Positions 23,589 to 36,600 of a stretch of 64,000 bases of DNA are shown piece by piece. How positions within the stretch are numbered: position 1 is the first letter of the stretch; the number at the start of each line of letters is the position of its first letter. The position numbers were made by a program, and so were the translations under genes. Under the pieces are notes generated by a model. That model did no database searches, was not told the DNA's origin, and saw only the letters and a program-made list of their open reading frames with translations. The stretch covers positions 434,001-498,000 of the forward strand of contig CP120454.1 in NCBI GenBank assembly GCA_034226945.1. The letters are read 5' to 3'. The stretch is from Picochlorum sp. SENEW3 (taxonomy: Eukaryota).

Positions 23589-25203
23589 TGTCTCCAATGC
23601 GTGGATGGATCAATCAGTTCCAGGAGAGACAGCACAGATTCCACGCCCAGTGACTGGAGTCGTAGCTCTCATAGAACCTTGCGATTCTATCATGTATGGA
23701 AATTATTTTTTAATACGATTGTCCTCGGTTGCTTGAATGTGGATGGGAGACCCTGATAATCGATTGGGATACATGGGTTCCTTAGTAAGTTAAGTTACAT
23801 ACCCCATGCATGGGGCCACTGCCCCCACTGATCAGTCCGCTATATAGCGGATTATTCAAGAGTACATGTATTGGCCATGCATCTGATGCAACAGCACGAT
23901 GAATCTCGCTCCCAGTCATAAGACCAAGAAGCATATTGTGTGTGGATTGATCGAAAAATCGCCTGCCAGGGACATTCTAGACATGAGGTGATTTGAACCA
24001 AACTCCAGTTTCGAAATTTGGAGCCCTGGCCCTCTTAGCGGGTATCGTTTGAAAGTTCGACTTTATAAAAATAATAACAAGGGGTATATAATGATCTGGA
24101 AAGTGCTCTGAGGTGGGAACACGTCGCAGTTGAAGCAATAGTACCCAGAACGTTCTCTTGGTTGGACAGAGAGAGCAAAAAGACGTCGGCTATTCGATTC
24201 GCTGTCATGCTTTCAAGTACCTGACTTCAGGTGCTTGTAAAGGAGTAGTGTATCGGTGTTGGTACTATGTCCCATTATCTACAAATCCATTCTGGGTTGG
24301 GGGGACTGTGAGGACAGCACGGCAGTCTACCCGTTGAATTCATCATCGATTCAGTCGCTCAATTCATACAAGTTTGTTTCATGCTCAGAAAAATGGAAGA
24401 GCATAAATAAACTGGAGGAGCACAGCATATCTTAAGGTATGCTACTGTGCGAGGTCACGTTCAGGATCTGGGCAAAGTCGACCGGGTGCCTTGGCAAGGC
24501 ATCTTGCAAGGCAGACGGCTGCTAGACAATTGTCTCGAGTATACAGGTGGTTCAAACACAGCACAGTAGTGCCATGGATCTTGGGGCATGTAGCGATGAT
24601 CTAGCATCCTGAATATCATCAATATTGATAATGATGCCTATTTGAACGAATAAATGTCATTGTAGCATTGGCAATGGCACCTTGTTTGAGGTGGGAATCT
24701 CCCAGAAGGCACCGAAAAATACCAATTTCCGATGCAGAGTCAATTTCACGCTACTGCACAATTCTCTATTCTTTAAATTTCTAATATAGTGGACTGGTAC
24801 ACGCGATCTGGCTCCGCGAGGCATCCAATTAAGAAAGTCGCTGGACTCCCGTCCGCGAACGTTCCTAACATTCGGAACCCAATACATGCATGAATGACAT
24901 ACGTCTATACAGGATTACGCTACGCGCGAAGCGTAATTCCGATACTTGTGTTCTACGATGCATCTGTATATCCGGGTCGGCTGCAATGCAAAATCACACG
25001 CACATATATATGTATATATATATAAAGAAGCTTTTATCTTACGCTACGTTTTGACGAGGATAGGAGAGCTGTTTCTTACAAGAGCCGGTTCAGTTTGTTA
25101 CTTGAAGTATTTTCTCGCACTGTGTTGCTTTTCTGATCGCGCTGATCTGTACATTCAGCTTGTGCCGCATATCAAATATTAATATTCTACAACTTCTGTG
25201 TCC

Positions 25204-26058
25204 ATGAGTATCTCGACGACGCTCTTTGTGCAGGCGCTCGCCCTATTTGCTTGCTCGGGCCTCATCACTGTGGTGAAGGGCGGATACACCGCTTGGTGTA
25301 AGGTGGACGAAACCAAGAGCCCTCCAGACGACCAGTGGAGACGCCACGACACGAGAGCCACTGTTGAACCTTGGCGTCAAGCACCTCTGAGCCAAGCGCA
25401 GTTGGATGTTCTAGAGATGCAGGTGGATGATCCTGCACGGATCCTCATAGGCGGAAGAGGTCAAGGTCACATTGTCGGGATTCCTTCATCGATCGAAGGA
25501 GGGGGCTGTACAGAAAATTCTTATTGTATGTGGATGTGCCAAGCTTTATGTTGTTTGGCTAAGGACTGCAAAGTTGCGGTGCAGCAAACAAGAGAGGGCT
25601 CCTCCTGCTGTGATGGTGATCCAACATGCCTGTGCACAGTTGAGGAGAAGCATCGCTGGTGCTATCTGCATGCTACTCTTGACACACTGGTGAAATCCAA
25701 CAATGCTGCAATATGCGAGAATGATGAGAAGTATACCTGGCCAGAGATGACAGGTCAATGCGCAAAGCTGGTGCAGTCAGAACTAGGCCTGACTATAGAC
25801 CAAGCAAATTACATTGCAAGCCTGGGAGGCACGGGTCGTAAAGCCAGAGCCCTTTCTGGAAAGGACGAAAGCAAGATTATGGATGGTTGGAAACCCCCCA
25901 AACAGCTTCTTACTGCCAAAAGGGCTGCGAAACTGGAGAAGAACATGAAGAAGGTCGAAAAGAAGATGGCAGACAAAGTCCGCAAGGCCCAGAAGAAAGC
26001 TGGAGGAACTAAGAAGTGGATGGCCAATATCGCTGAAAACACGTGTCCTTCTTCCTAG
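25204..26058 (+). CDS. Secreted cysteine-rich protein (PAN-like C..C..CC...C...WCYL) with Lys-rich tail
   Basis: Signal peptide, Cys cluster and basic C-terminal helix; intronless. Confidence 0.7.
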   Translation: MSISTTLFVQALALFACSGLITVVKGGYTAWCKVDETKSPPDDQWRRHDTRATVEPWRQAPLSQAQLDVLEMQVDDPARILIGGRGQGHIVGIPSSIEGGGCTENSYCMWMCQALCCLAKDCKVAVQQTREGSSCCDGDPTCLCTVEEKHRWCYLHATLDTLVKSNNAAICENDEKYTWPEMTGQCAKLVQSELGLTIDQANYIASLGGTGRKARALSGKDESKIMDGWKPPKQLLTAKRAAKLEKNMKKVEKKMADKVRKAQKKAGGTKKWMANIAENTCPSS

Positions 26059-26422
26059 TCAGTGATGAGGATGATCATAGCGGCAACAATGGCTCGAATT
26101 CCGAGCTTGTAGGCACCTGTGTATGGTAGTGCTATTGTTTGGCATTTGTCCTGTGTGCTTCTCTCTGCCGTTTGTCTGTGTAATAATATCTTTTACTGCG
26201 GCACCCCATGAGTGCATTCCGCAGCCATGTCATGGTCTGTCCGGATGTGTGGCGCAGTTAGCCCTGGACATGTCCATGTTCATGTACATGAGGGTTGTCT
26301 TTTCCTTGGGATGCAGCAAAGTGCAGAAGCCCATGTATCAGGGCCAGTCTCATCATGGACTTCATCCGAGACAGCACTGCGAATCTTAGTAAACTAAACA
26401 ATATATTTCTATACCCAAAAAA

Positions 26423-27625
26423 ATGCGTCCTATATCAGTATTAGATTGGTCAAATGACGCAAGCACGGTCTATTTGAGTGTCGTTTCGGTGGTTCTCATT
26501 GGAATTTCAGGATTATGTGCCGGGCTCACCCTGGCCCTTTTAAGTTTGGATTTAAATGATTTAGAAATATTGAAAAGGATTCATGGGGCTGAGGGGAAGA
26601 GGCTTGCTGAGTCAGTGCAGCCTCTGTTGAAGAAACCTCACCTACTTCTGGTTACCCTTCTCCTTGTCAATTCGTTGTGCATGGAAGCGCTTCCGTTGTG
26701 TCTGGATCGGTTATTGGACCCAGTCAGTGCTATAGTAATATCTGTGACTGTTATATTGCTCTTTGGGGAAATTATACCTCAAGCTGTATGCAAAAAACAT
26801 GGGTTGAAGATTGCGTCGAGTCTTGCGTGGTTGGTCAAGTTGATGATATTCCTCACGTATCCATTGTCGTATCCAATATCAAAGGTGCTGGATGCTTTGC
26901 TTGGCGTGGAAAAGCATGCACTATTCCGTCGAAAAGAGATTGAAGCGTTGATCGATGCGCACGTATCGCGACAAGGGAGTGCTGAAGATCATCTTGGGGA
27001 GCAGCCATACATCAGTAGAGAAGAGGCACAGATTGTGCACGGGGCTCTTCAGTTATACGAGAAGAATATCTCCGACTCTATGACTTCCATCGATCGGGTG
27101 TTTCGATTAGATTGGAATGATGTGTACGATGAAGATCTTCTGCTGAATATTATAGAGAGTGGACACAGTAGAATCCCAATTTGTGTCGGAGACGTGGATG
27201 AGTACAAATGCCTTCTAGTGAAAGAACTCTTACTGCTGCCGAAAGATATTTTACAGATGAAAATGAGAATCAGAGATATAGAGGAATTATCTGGCCTACT
27301 ACGGGATATGCCAATCTTTCTGGAATCAAGCAAAAAGATTGATTGCATCAATCACATGATGAATGCCATGCGCCACATGGCTCTTGTGATGGACACCATC
27401 ACGGAGAATAACACCATAGTACAGACTGATGATGCTCCATTGCTCGTGCATGGGAAACGACGCGTGATTGGAATATTGACTTTGGAAGATTTACTAGAAG
27501 ATCTTCTTGTACATGAAATTGTCGATGAAACGGACACTTTTGAAACCAATAAGGGAGAGCAACCCTTACGAGATCGGTATAAAAAGTGGAAGATGGCTTT
27601 GATTGAGAAAAGAAGACGCGCATGA
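26423..27625 (+). CDS. CNNM/DUF21-CBS metal transport protein
   Basis: SGLCAGLTLALLSLD, LLVTLLLVN, FGEIIPQAVC, GHSRIPI and GILTLEDLLEDLLVHEIVDETD motifs. Confidence 0.92.
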   Translation: MRPISVLDWSNDASTVYLSVVSVVLIGISGLCAGLTLALLSLDLNDLEILKRIHGAEGKRLAESVQPLLKKPHLLLVTLLLVNSLCMEALPLCLDRLLDPVSAIVISVTVILLFGEIIPQAVCKKHGLKIASSLAWLVKLMIFLTYPLSYPISKVLDALLGVEKHALFRRKEIEALIDAHVSRQGSAEDHLGEQPYISREEAQIVHGALQLYEKNISDSMTSIDRVFRLDWNDVYDEDLLLNIIESGHSRIPICVGDVDEYKCLLVKELLLLPKDILQMKMRIRDIEELSGLLRDMPIFLESSKKIDCINHMMNAMRHMALVMDTITENNTIVQTDDAPLLVHGKRRVIGILTLEDLLEDLLVHEIVDETDTFETNKGEQPLRDRYKKWKMALIEKRRRA

Positions 27626-27657
27626 TGAATAAAATACATATACATTGTAAAAAAACC

Positions 27658-28167
27658 TCACATGTTTTGTTGTGCAAACTCCTCACACAGGTCCACCAGG
27701 TCTGACACACAAAAAGAAGGCATCACATCTTTCAACGCCACCGTCATCTTACCCTGACCAAGCTTGATAGGCACCTTCTTCAAAGCATCCTCAACATCCC
27801 GCCCATCACACGATCCCCGACTCATCATATCCTCCCCCAGTTTTGTTCCAAGAACTGTCGCCAGACTCGTCTGCCCTTCCACCTTGATATCTTTCAAGAA
27901 TAAATGCCATCCAGCTATATCTATGTAACAATCCTTGCCAATAGCATTAATAAGCTCCTCGTATGGCCCCTTATTCGAGGAAGATGTTGCAACAAAAGAT
28001 GCCAGATCGAACCACCCATCAATCCCTCCTCCAGCCCCGACCCGGAGGACTGGACGACCACTGTTTCTATATATAGTCATACATCTATATGTCGTGGTAT
28101 GACGTCTACTGCGAACAGCAATTGGCCTGCCGATACCTGAAATACTAGGAATTCCCTGTCGAATCAT
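27658..28167 (-). CDS. Plastid DUF3181-like protein
   Basis: IGKDCYIDIAGWHLFLKD and KVPIKLGQGKMTVALKDVMP motifs; transit peptide. Confidence 0.75.
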   Translation of the reverse strand: MIRQGIPSISGIGRPIAVRSRRHTTTYRCMTIYRNSGRPVLRVGAGGGIDGWFDLASFVATSSSNKGPYEELINAIGKDCYIDIAGWHLFLKDIKVEGQTSLATVLGTKLGEDMMSRGSCDGRDVEDALKKVPIKLGQGKMTVALKDVMPSFCVSDLVDLCEEFAQQNM

Positions 28168-28375
28168 CTTCTTCTCAATCTTTAAAGATCAATTGTTGAT
28201 TCACAATGTTATACTCGTGTAAATTACTGCTATTCAGAAAATAAATCTCAACGTTGAAAGTGTCTCGGTACCAGACAATCTAATGATTTTGAATCAAATT
28301 TAAAGTTTCTTATAAGAAATCCAAGGCTTGGATCTGTCATTTGACTCTTGCAGGCAAGAGCGAGTACCACCACTG

Positions 28376-28395
28376 TATATATATATATATATATA
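28376..28395. repeat. (TA)n microsatellite
   Basis: About 10 TA units in the intergenic region. Confidence 0.85.
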
Positions 28396-28835
28396 GCTGT
28401 CGACATTCTCTTGAGAGAATGAAGCTTCAGAGTGGCAACTAGAGAACAGCATCCCATCGAAACAATCTCAATGATCTTGAGTTAATCATCATCAGTGATG
28501 GCGCCATGGCCATGGCTGGTGATGTATCGTACATCTCTCGTCCGGATGCCTCTGTTCACGCGCGTGTCTGATTGGGGAATACTATTCCTATAGGGCATGT
28601 AGATTCTACTACTACTGGCGACTCTTATCCGATTCTGTAAGAATCGTGTATTTGTTACATCTAATTTTCAGTTATGTAATTAACGTCTAGTGTCTTGTGA
28701 AAAAGATTACATCTTGGAGTGTGTGATACGATACGTCGACACACGCCGTATCACGCTCGACGGAGAATATCATTTCAGCACGTTGTCACATAACGACGCG
28801 GTGTTGTATCGAGATTAAACATCGATACCATTAAG

Positions 28836-30284
28836 ATGAATCAGCAGGAATCAGATGGGTTTGATCCGAACAACTCTTGCCCGGGCCCTGTGCTGGGGCT
28901 GGAGCCAGGGTCAGACTGTAAAGATTTCCTGTTGAAAGACTTGGACGACATACTCTCTCCTGAGATAGAGCTTGCTCTTCTGAACGAGTTGTGCGGTCCG
29001 GATAATACGTTACTGCAGGAGGCTCATGACCAGGAATTCACACAGAGCAAAGTTTCTCAGGGCATGGGATCTGCCCCGTTTCCAGGATCTACTGATGAGA
29101 AAGCTCAGACGGATGGCAATTTGAGTAATTCAAAGGGAAAGCAGACGTCCGATGAGCAAAAGGGAACAAATCGTAACGCTTCAAGGCAGCGCCGGTACCG
29201 TCAAAGGAAGAAGGAAAAGGAGGACAAGATCAAGATGGAGATTGAGGAATTGAAGGCTGCGGTTGAATCTGTGAGGATACAGAACAAGGATTTGAGGAAT
29301 AAGCAAGATGCGATGACATCAATGCTGGGATACAACAGAGAAGCGTTGAATGTGCTGGTAGGTACACCAGAGGGTGAAGAGAATGTGGTTGTACAGCATG
29401 CTCAGGTGGTGGATGATACCACGATAACTGACATGCAGCAGTTTTTGAAAGAAAGAGATGTGAATATTGGAACTTTGTATGCGGATGTGCTGTCTTCATT
29501 TCAAGCGCAAATCACTCAGAAAGATGGAGAGATTCCTCTTGGAACGAGAATGGATATGTTCTCAAATGTCCTCAAGACACTTCCGCCTAGTTCCATGTAT
29601 CAGCTCTTCCGTAGCCAGATTGGCAGTCTTTTGAATGAGTATGACAGGTGTACACGGGACCCTGAGAGGCAGGAGGTGATGAAGAGAGAAATGAAGGCTC
29701 TCTTCAGCATGAGGACTGAAGCAATTGGTGAGATGGCTCAAAAGCATCCTAAAATTGTCTTGTCGCATCTTACTGATGGATGGGTAGGAGGAGATTTCAA
29801 CCAAGGCATCATGCCTGAGAGTCCGGATAGAATGGACCAGTCAGCTCTTTTGACACTTGTGAAGCATCTGGAACTCACAGACAGCCAAATCTCCAGTCTG
29901 TGCAAGCATTGGGAGTCTTTTATTGGAGCCTGGAACACATCAGCCGATAATCTTTACGACGTACTTCCATCTGATCCTAACTTGCAAGAGGTGGATGATG
30001 ATGAAAAGGCCATTTCTGAAGGATCAAGTGACACCATTGTTGACATCCTTGAGTCACAAGGTATGCATGGGTCAATGCGTCAGGCATTTTTGATGCATGC
30101 TGTGAGGCAGAATATCGAAGATATTTCAAAACAGCAGGTGTATGTAGTCCTGGAGCTTGCTCAAAATATTTGCACCGTCTTAACTCCGCTCCAAAAGGCG
30201 AGGCTTTGCGTGTTCCAAGAGAGTGCACCAAACTGCATTTATTTGCCCTTCATGCTCACAGATCTCCCACCCAAGGTATGTTGA
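28836..30284 (+). CDS. bZIP transcription factor with a DOG1-like helical C-terminus
   Basis: Basic region NRNASRQRRYRQRKKE followed by a heptad zipper; C-terminal VLTPLQKARL. Confidence 0.75.
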   Translation: MNQQESDGFDPNNSCPGPVLGLEPGSDCKDFLLKDLDDILSPEIELALLNELCGPDNTLLQEAHDQEFTQSKVSQGMGSAPFPGSTDEKAQTDGNLSNSKGKQTSDEQKGTNRNASRQRRYRQRKKEKEDKIKMEIEELKAAVESVRIQNKDLRNKQDAMTSMLGYNREALNVLVGTPEGEENVVVQHAQVVDDTTITDMQQFLKERDVNIGTLYADVLSSFQAQITQKDGEIPLGTRMDMFSNVLKTLPPSSMYQLFRSQIGSLLNEYDRCTRDPERQEVMKREMKALFSMRTEAIGEMAQKHPKIVLSHLTDGWVGGDFNQGIMPESPDRMDQSALLTLVKHLELTDSQISSLCKHWESFIGAWNTSADNLYDVLPSDPNLQEVDDDEKAISEGSSDTIVDILESQGMHGSMRQAFLMHAVRQNIEDISKQQVYVVLELAQNICTVLTPLQKARLCVFQESAPNCIYLPFMLTDLPPKVC

Positions 30285-30623
30285 GAAGGAAGGTCTTTGG
30301 TGGCAAGATGGAATCTTTCTCAAATACAAACGAAAACAAAATATTTCTTTTGAGGCCTGCATAAAACACGTCTTTTCATGATGATCCCTTACTTATCGGC
30401 AAGTTCTTATGTGTGGCACGCTCAGTTTGTGGATGTATGTCAATTTCGGACAAGAAAGTGCTTTCTTTGCTGGAACAGTCTAGTTTACTAGACTACTCGT
30501 ATACACTAATATCTGGCCAGGAACTCCATGGAGTACTGGACTGTCATCTTGTCTACTTTCTTCTTTCCTGCTTTCTTGATGTTGATAGAAATTTCAAGTC
30601 TTTAAAATTTAAAATCTTTGTAT

Positions 30624-33600
30624 TCATTTATTAGTTGTGCTAGCCAGGCTGTCCAAAAAGCCTGATTTTGATCTCTTCGAACTTCTTGAAATTTTATCCG
30701 ATCGTTTCAAAATTCGGGACGATTTAACTTTGCTATGGTAGACCTCTCTCGTTCGTATTGGCTCTGCTGGGAGGCCACACCACACCGATCCTTCTGCAAG
30801 CGAGTCTCCTGGGAGGACCATGGAAGCTGGCATCACTCTAGAGCCATCATTCATGACGGTGTATGGCATCACCCTCGCTCCTTCCTGGACCCAGCATCTC
30901 TCTCCCAGGCAGACGCTGTGATAGATGAACTTTTGGTATTCCATGTAATGTCCATCTAGTTTGCCACCTGATTCGATGACAGAGTCCTCGCCAATTTCAA
31001 TAAGGCCTGATTCTAATGGCTGGGGACACAGCAGTATTGCCCCTCTCCCAACAGTGAAGCCCAGAATTCTGTAAATGTAAACTGCAAATGGCGTTCCATG
31101 AAATGCGTCTATGTTAGCCTCTGCAATATTAAAATATGAGTGTATCAATAGCGAGGGAATGTCAAAAACTGATACTGAGCCGTGCTTCCAATGCTTTCTG
31201 ACTTGAGATGCTTCCAAGAGGAGTCGAAGATAGAGGACAGCCAACAAAGATCCTACACCAACCATGACTACGTAGGCGACCGGAATGAGCCACCAGTACG
31301 TCTGCTTTAACAATGAAGCAACTACTGCTAAAGGAATCCACAGGAGCACTGGGGCTATGGGGCCTATCGCCATCAATGTAATGAGGGTTGCAGGAGTGTG
31401 CCACCATGGTAGTGATAGGCTACTGTCTACGTGCGACTGAGAATGTGATATAATGTAAGGCACATCAATTCCGTTTTCCATAGCATCTTGGAGGTGTGAT
31501 CCTTCAGTAGGGCGTATAACAGTGTAGTCCAAGCTACCTTGGGCTCTTACGTTGTCTTTAAGGACTCGACCTCTACATATGGGTGTATCATTTCCCACAA
31601 CAGCCCTAGCGTGTATTTCGCATCCTGGGTATAATACAGACGCATTGCCAATGGTTGACTCTTCTTTCAACACAATTTTCTCGACAATACCATCGGCGTT
31701 GGTCGCAAATATGACACTATCAGAGCCGGAGCAAACTTTGTCACTGACCTCGAGTGCATCAAATTCAACAATACTGAGGCCCCCAATAAATACGTGCTTC
31801 CCAACAGATGCGCCTAGTGCTTTATACAACCATGCCATTAATGGCGTCCCAGTGAGCAATATTTGTAAGTCGTGCCACATGGGCGATTCTACTTGCCTGC
31901 GTAAGACGGAGTAAACAAAGAGAGAGTATGTACTCCTTGCCACATTCACTCCTGGTTTCAAGCGTCCAACGAATATCCACTTCCATGTGAGAACCATGAT
32001 CATTTGGAGGAATACTCCTAAAGCTGGGTTCAGCCATCCATAAAGTGCTGTGAATAAAGCAGAGAATTCTACAAGATTCCACGCAATCACTGAGCCACTG
32101 GGGGAAACAAGTGGGTCGCCATCCCCTATGATGGAGTATATGATGAGGAGGCACAAGGCTACAATCGGGACCTCTGAGAGAGATTCCAAGAAATGATTCG
32201 TTATTCCGCTCACAAGTGACCATAATGCACCTAATTTTTCCTCTGCGCAAAAATGGGGAAAGTCAGAGAGGGGTCCATTGACAGGCTCATCTCCAGGATG
32301 GGATCGAGATGCATGGGGCTTCAAATTATGGTTGTCAGGGATTGCAGTACCAGCAGTCACCACAGCTCGATGTCCAATGTGGCAATATTCACCTATATCT
32401 ACCTCTGAGAGGATCAAGACTGGTCGGCGTCCCAAATACCCTGCTGGAGTAACAAATGCACCAGTTAATGATGCTTCGCTGTAAATGCAACATCCCTTTC
32501 CCAAGCTGAGCAAATCAAAGTCACATATATTCACACTATCGACGAGTACACGAGTAGGAGATTGAACTTTGGCTCCCAAAGCCTTTAGAACATACGACAG
32601 GAACGGAGTTCTAAGTATTGCGGGGAAGAATGTGCTGCCTGCTGCTTCTTGGAGTGCTCTTAGGGTGACCCAGCGGGCATACATCCAACCATACAGTGGA
32701 TATACACCCGGCTTCAAATTTCCTACCAAAGCCCACTTCAATCCAATCAATAGAAGAGCATATCCAAATAAAGCCCCGACCTTCATAGACGGCCAAATCA
32801 GAACCAGCCACCACGAACTGATCACTGTTCGCAACTCAAAGACACCAACAAGCAAAGAACCCCAGATAACTGGCACCATAACCATTGTCAGAGACAACAT
32901 TATATACTGAAGAATCATGTATATCCAATAGGGAATTGCAGGCGTTGGAACGACTTCTGACGAGGCCAGGAATAATTCCTTATCAGCTTGAAGCCTGTCT
33001 GTTGGTTTTACTGCTGCATGAGTCGCAGAGGAAGCATCCTGCTGATGCTTCAAAACATCAATCGATTGAGCCATGCCTCGAATGGTTTTTCTCTGATAAA
33101 CAAGTGTAGCGGGGAGGCTTTCAATGTCAAAATGGACCCTAAGGCGGGAACTCAAAATACCTGCCTGCAGTGAGTTGCCCCCCAACTCAAAGAAGTTGGC
33201 CTCAACCGAAATATCGTCAGGATAATGCAAAATCTCTTTAAGGGTGTCCGCAACTACTTCTTCTGTACTTGTCTGGGGAGGAATGTACCAATTTTCTAAG
33301 GTTTGGGCGGCATCCTTTTCTTGTCTTGCAATCCTTTCCAACTCCAAGGCATTTATTTTTCCAGTTGGAGTCAATGGAAAGCTCTGCAGACTAATGATAC
33401 TTGAAGGAACAGCTGCAGGGATTAATTTCGAAGCACAGAAACCACGAATATCTTCCTTATTCACGTTCGCCGGGGTTACAAATGCCACAAGCTGCTTTGA
33501 CTTTGTTGAATTGACTTGGAATGCTAATGCGTGAGCCAGGTCAACCTCTGGGTGAGACTGAACGACATGCTTGACTTCAGATACCTCTATTCGTACTCCA

Positions 33601-36600
33601 TTAATTTTGATTTGCCCATCAGATCGTCCGTGGAAATATAAAACGCCATTCTCATCCCGAGACACCAAGTCACCTGTCTTGTACAGGACTCTATAAGAAT
33701 CAGAAACTGGAGAATCATCGCTGAAAAATGGATTTGGAATAAAGTGCTTTTTAGTCTGCTCTTCATTGTTAATGTATCCTAAAGCTGTCCTTGGACCACT
33801 CAGCAAGAGCTCTCCGATGGTGCCAATCGGTTTTTGCTCGTAGATATTGTCAGGACTGACAACATATGCCCTCACATTGGGATCTGGAGGGCCAAGTGGT
33901 GCATCTGGCACTCCAGGCAGCATGAGGGCTGCTGTTGCAGAAACTGTAAATTCTGCTGGCCCATACGCATTATATATCCCATCTGATAGGCCTGGAATTC
34001 TCTGAAGTTCTGCAGCCACAGAGCATGGCAAAGGCTCTCCCCCAAAAACCAAAGTCCGAAGTTTAAGGGAATTTCTCCTCTTGACTAGTTCTGGTGCATA
34101 CAGCTCAATTAAAGATGGGACCTGATCCATGAGTGTAATGCCATGTTTTTCACATATTTCTGCGACTGCTCGAGCATCAGTCTCGAGTCCTGATGGAATA
34201 ATGGAAAGACAGGCACCACAGGCTAGAGCTGCAAGAATGATGGCAATGTGAGGGTCAAAAGCTGGTGACGTGGCTAGAGCGAAGACATCTTCTCTTGATG
34301 TGTGGAACAAATCAATATAAGATCCACAAACTATATCCACCAGTCCACCATGGGTCAGCACGACCCCCTTGGGCTTCCCAGTAGATCCAGAAGTAAAGAG
34401 AATACAGGCTTGATCCTTGTGAGTCATCGCATCGGCTCTCAGGGTTGCAAAATCACTGGGTGTGTCAGCCAAGGCATCTTGATGTTCTGATATGACTGAA
34501 GGGAGCCCTTTCAAGCTATCACACGATACCACAATTGTGGATACTCCTTTTTCCTCTGCCTTTTTTCGAAGATCCTCAGAATCTTCACGAGCTGAAACGA
34601 GAATAAGATGTGATCTAGAGCTCGTTAAATACTCCGAGATTCGCCCCAGGGGAAGCCTTGGCTCAAGAGGAAGATATACCCCACCTAGGAAGAAAATGGA
34701 CAGCATGCTGATCACCAACTCCTCTGATCTTGACGCATAAACAGCAACGCACTTTCCGTGAAGCCCCTCAGGATGCTTTCTTCTCATATCCCGTATAGTA
34801 TAATAGACCATCATGAAAACTTCATGATATGTGTATCTTCTCTGATCACAAAGCAAGCAAAGTGAATGGGGATGCTGTTTCACTTGAGCATAGAATTGGT
34901 CATGCAGAAGTGGCATCTCAAAGTACTTCAGACATTCTGGGCCTCTAGAGAGCATGTCAATCTCAATTTTTGCAGATTTGGATAATATATTCATCTCCTC
35001 TAGCGGTATGTCCATGCCATGTGTGCATATCGAGTCTAACAGTGTCTTATAGCAGTCAACAAGTCGGTTTATCTTGGCAGCACTCAAAATTGATGTCGAG
35101 TATTCTACATCGAGATACGCACTGGACTTGTTATGGGCATGAACTTCAAAAGTGATATCAACTTGCGAAATTTGTGGATCAGGCAAACTGTAGGGTGATG
35201 TCATGATGTCGCTTCCAAAGTCTATTCTAGGTTCTTCTTCCTCCAAATACTGAAACAAGACCTGCGAACAAAGGGGTAAGAATGCATCCTGATTTTGTTA
35301 TCGAGCACCAAAAGACATATAATAAGCACATACCTGGAATACTGGATTGAAAGGACTTCCTGGAGGCACATTCGCAGCCGATACTATCTCAGGGAAGGAC
35401 AATTTCCCATGTTTTATACCCTTCATAATCTTCTCATGTATTCTCTGTGTAAATGTACCAAATTTCTCTTTCTTGTTGATTTCACCTCGTATAGGAAGTG
35501 GAGAGACAAAATACCCTATTAAATTCTGGATTGACGCAATGTCTCTCATTGCAGCAGGCAAACCAATCACCACATCATCACTATTTGACCATTTGGAGAG
35601 GAGGACATGAAAGGCTGCCAAAAACAGAGCGTTGAGCGAAACTCCAATCTTGCTGGCTGTCTTTGCTAAAACAACTATCTGAGATTCTGATAAAAACTCA
35701 AATCGAGAGCAGATACCCTCCAAACCACTTAGATGGGATCTGGAAAAGTCCAAGGGAAAATCAAGCCTCTCTGGGATGCCTTTGAGCTCTTGAGTCCAAA
35801 ATGCGATGTGGTCACGATTGTTCTGAGTATCCAGCCAAAGAATATAATCTGCATATTGACACCCCAAAGGATCCATCGGTGCGCTCCAATACGCGAGGCT
35901 CAACTCATCACACAGAATTCCAAGCGACCATGCATCGCTTACAGCATGATGGGTGACTATTATCAAGTATTGCTGCCCTGGGGTATGCTCGGCAGATACG
36001 AGCGTCGCTCGAAGGAGAATATCACTTTGGAAGTCAAAATAATGGTTTACTTCGCACTTCATAACCCTCTTGAGCTCCTGAGCATTCTCTACAGAAACAC
36101 GAGAAAGCCCAAAAGAACCATGTATCAGCTGGCCAGAAAGCGTCCCATCTGGCTTCACATGATATACTGTCCTTAAAATTTCATGCCTGCTGACGATAGT
36201 CTGGAAAGCATTCTCTAAAAGATTAACATTCACATTATCAGAGATTGCAAAGCATAGACTCAAATTGTATGCTCCTGCAGCCTCTTTTCCTGCAATTGAA
36301 GCGACTGTCCACATCTGCTGTTGGAATTTCCCCAGAGGCCTCTTGGAGTCATTCCATACATGGGGAGTCAATCTATTTGCAGAGTCATTGTTTTCTTCCA
36401 GAAGCGGTTCTAAAGCCTCTGCAAAATCTCGCAGTGTTCTATGTTTGTATAACAGGGCCACTGGAATAGGTTCTGATAGACCCAATGCACTCTGAATCTC
36501 TGCATTAATCTTAAAACCCTTGATGGAATTACCTCCAGCTGCAAAGAAATCGCTCGAATCCTTTATATGCGATCCAAGTGCACTTTTCCAAAATGTTTTC

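Noticed and set aside
35258..35334. NRPS as two separate genes or a pseudogene
   Set aside because: A phase-0 GT-AG intron rejoins the condensation domain (PVFQ|VLFQ).
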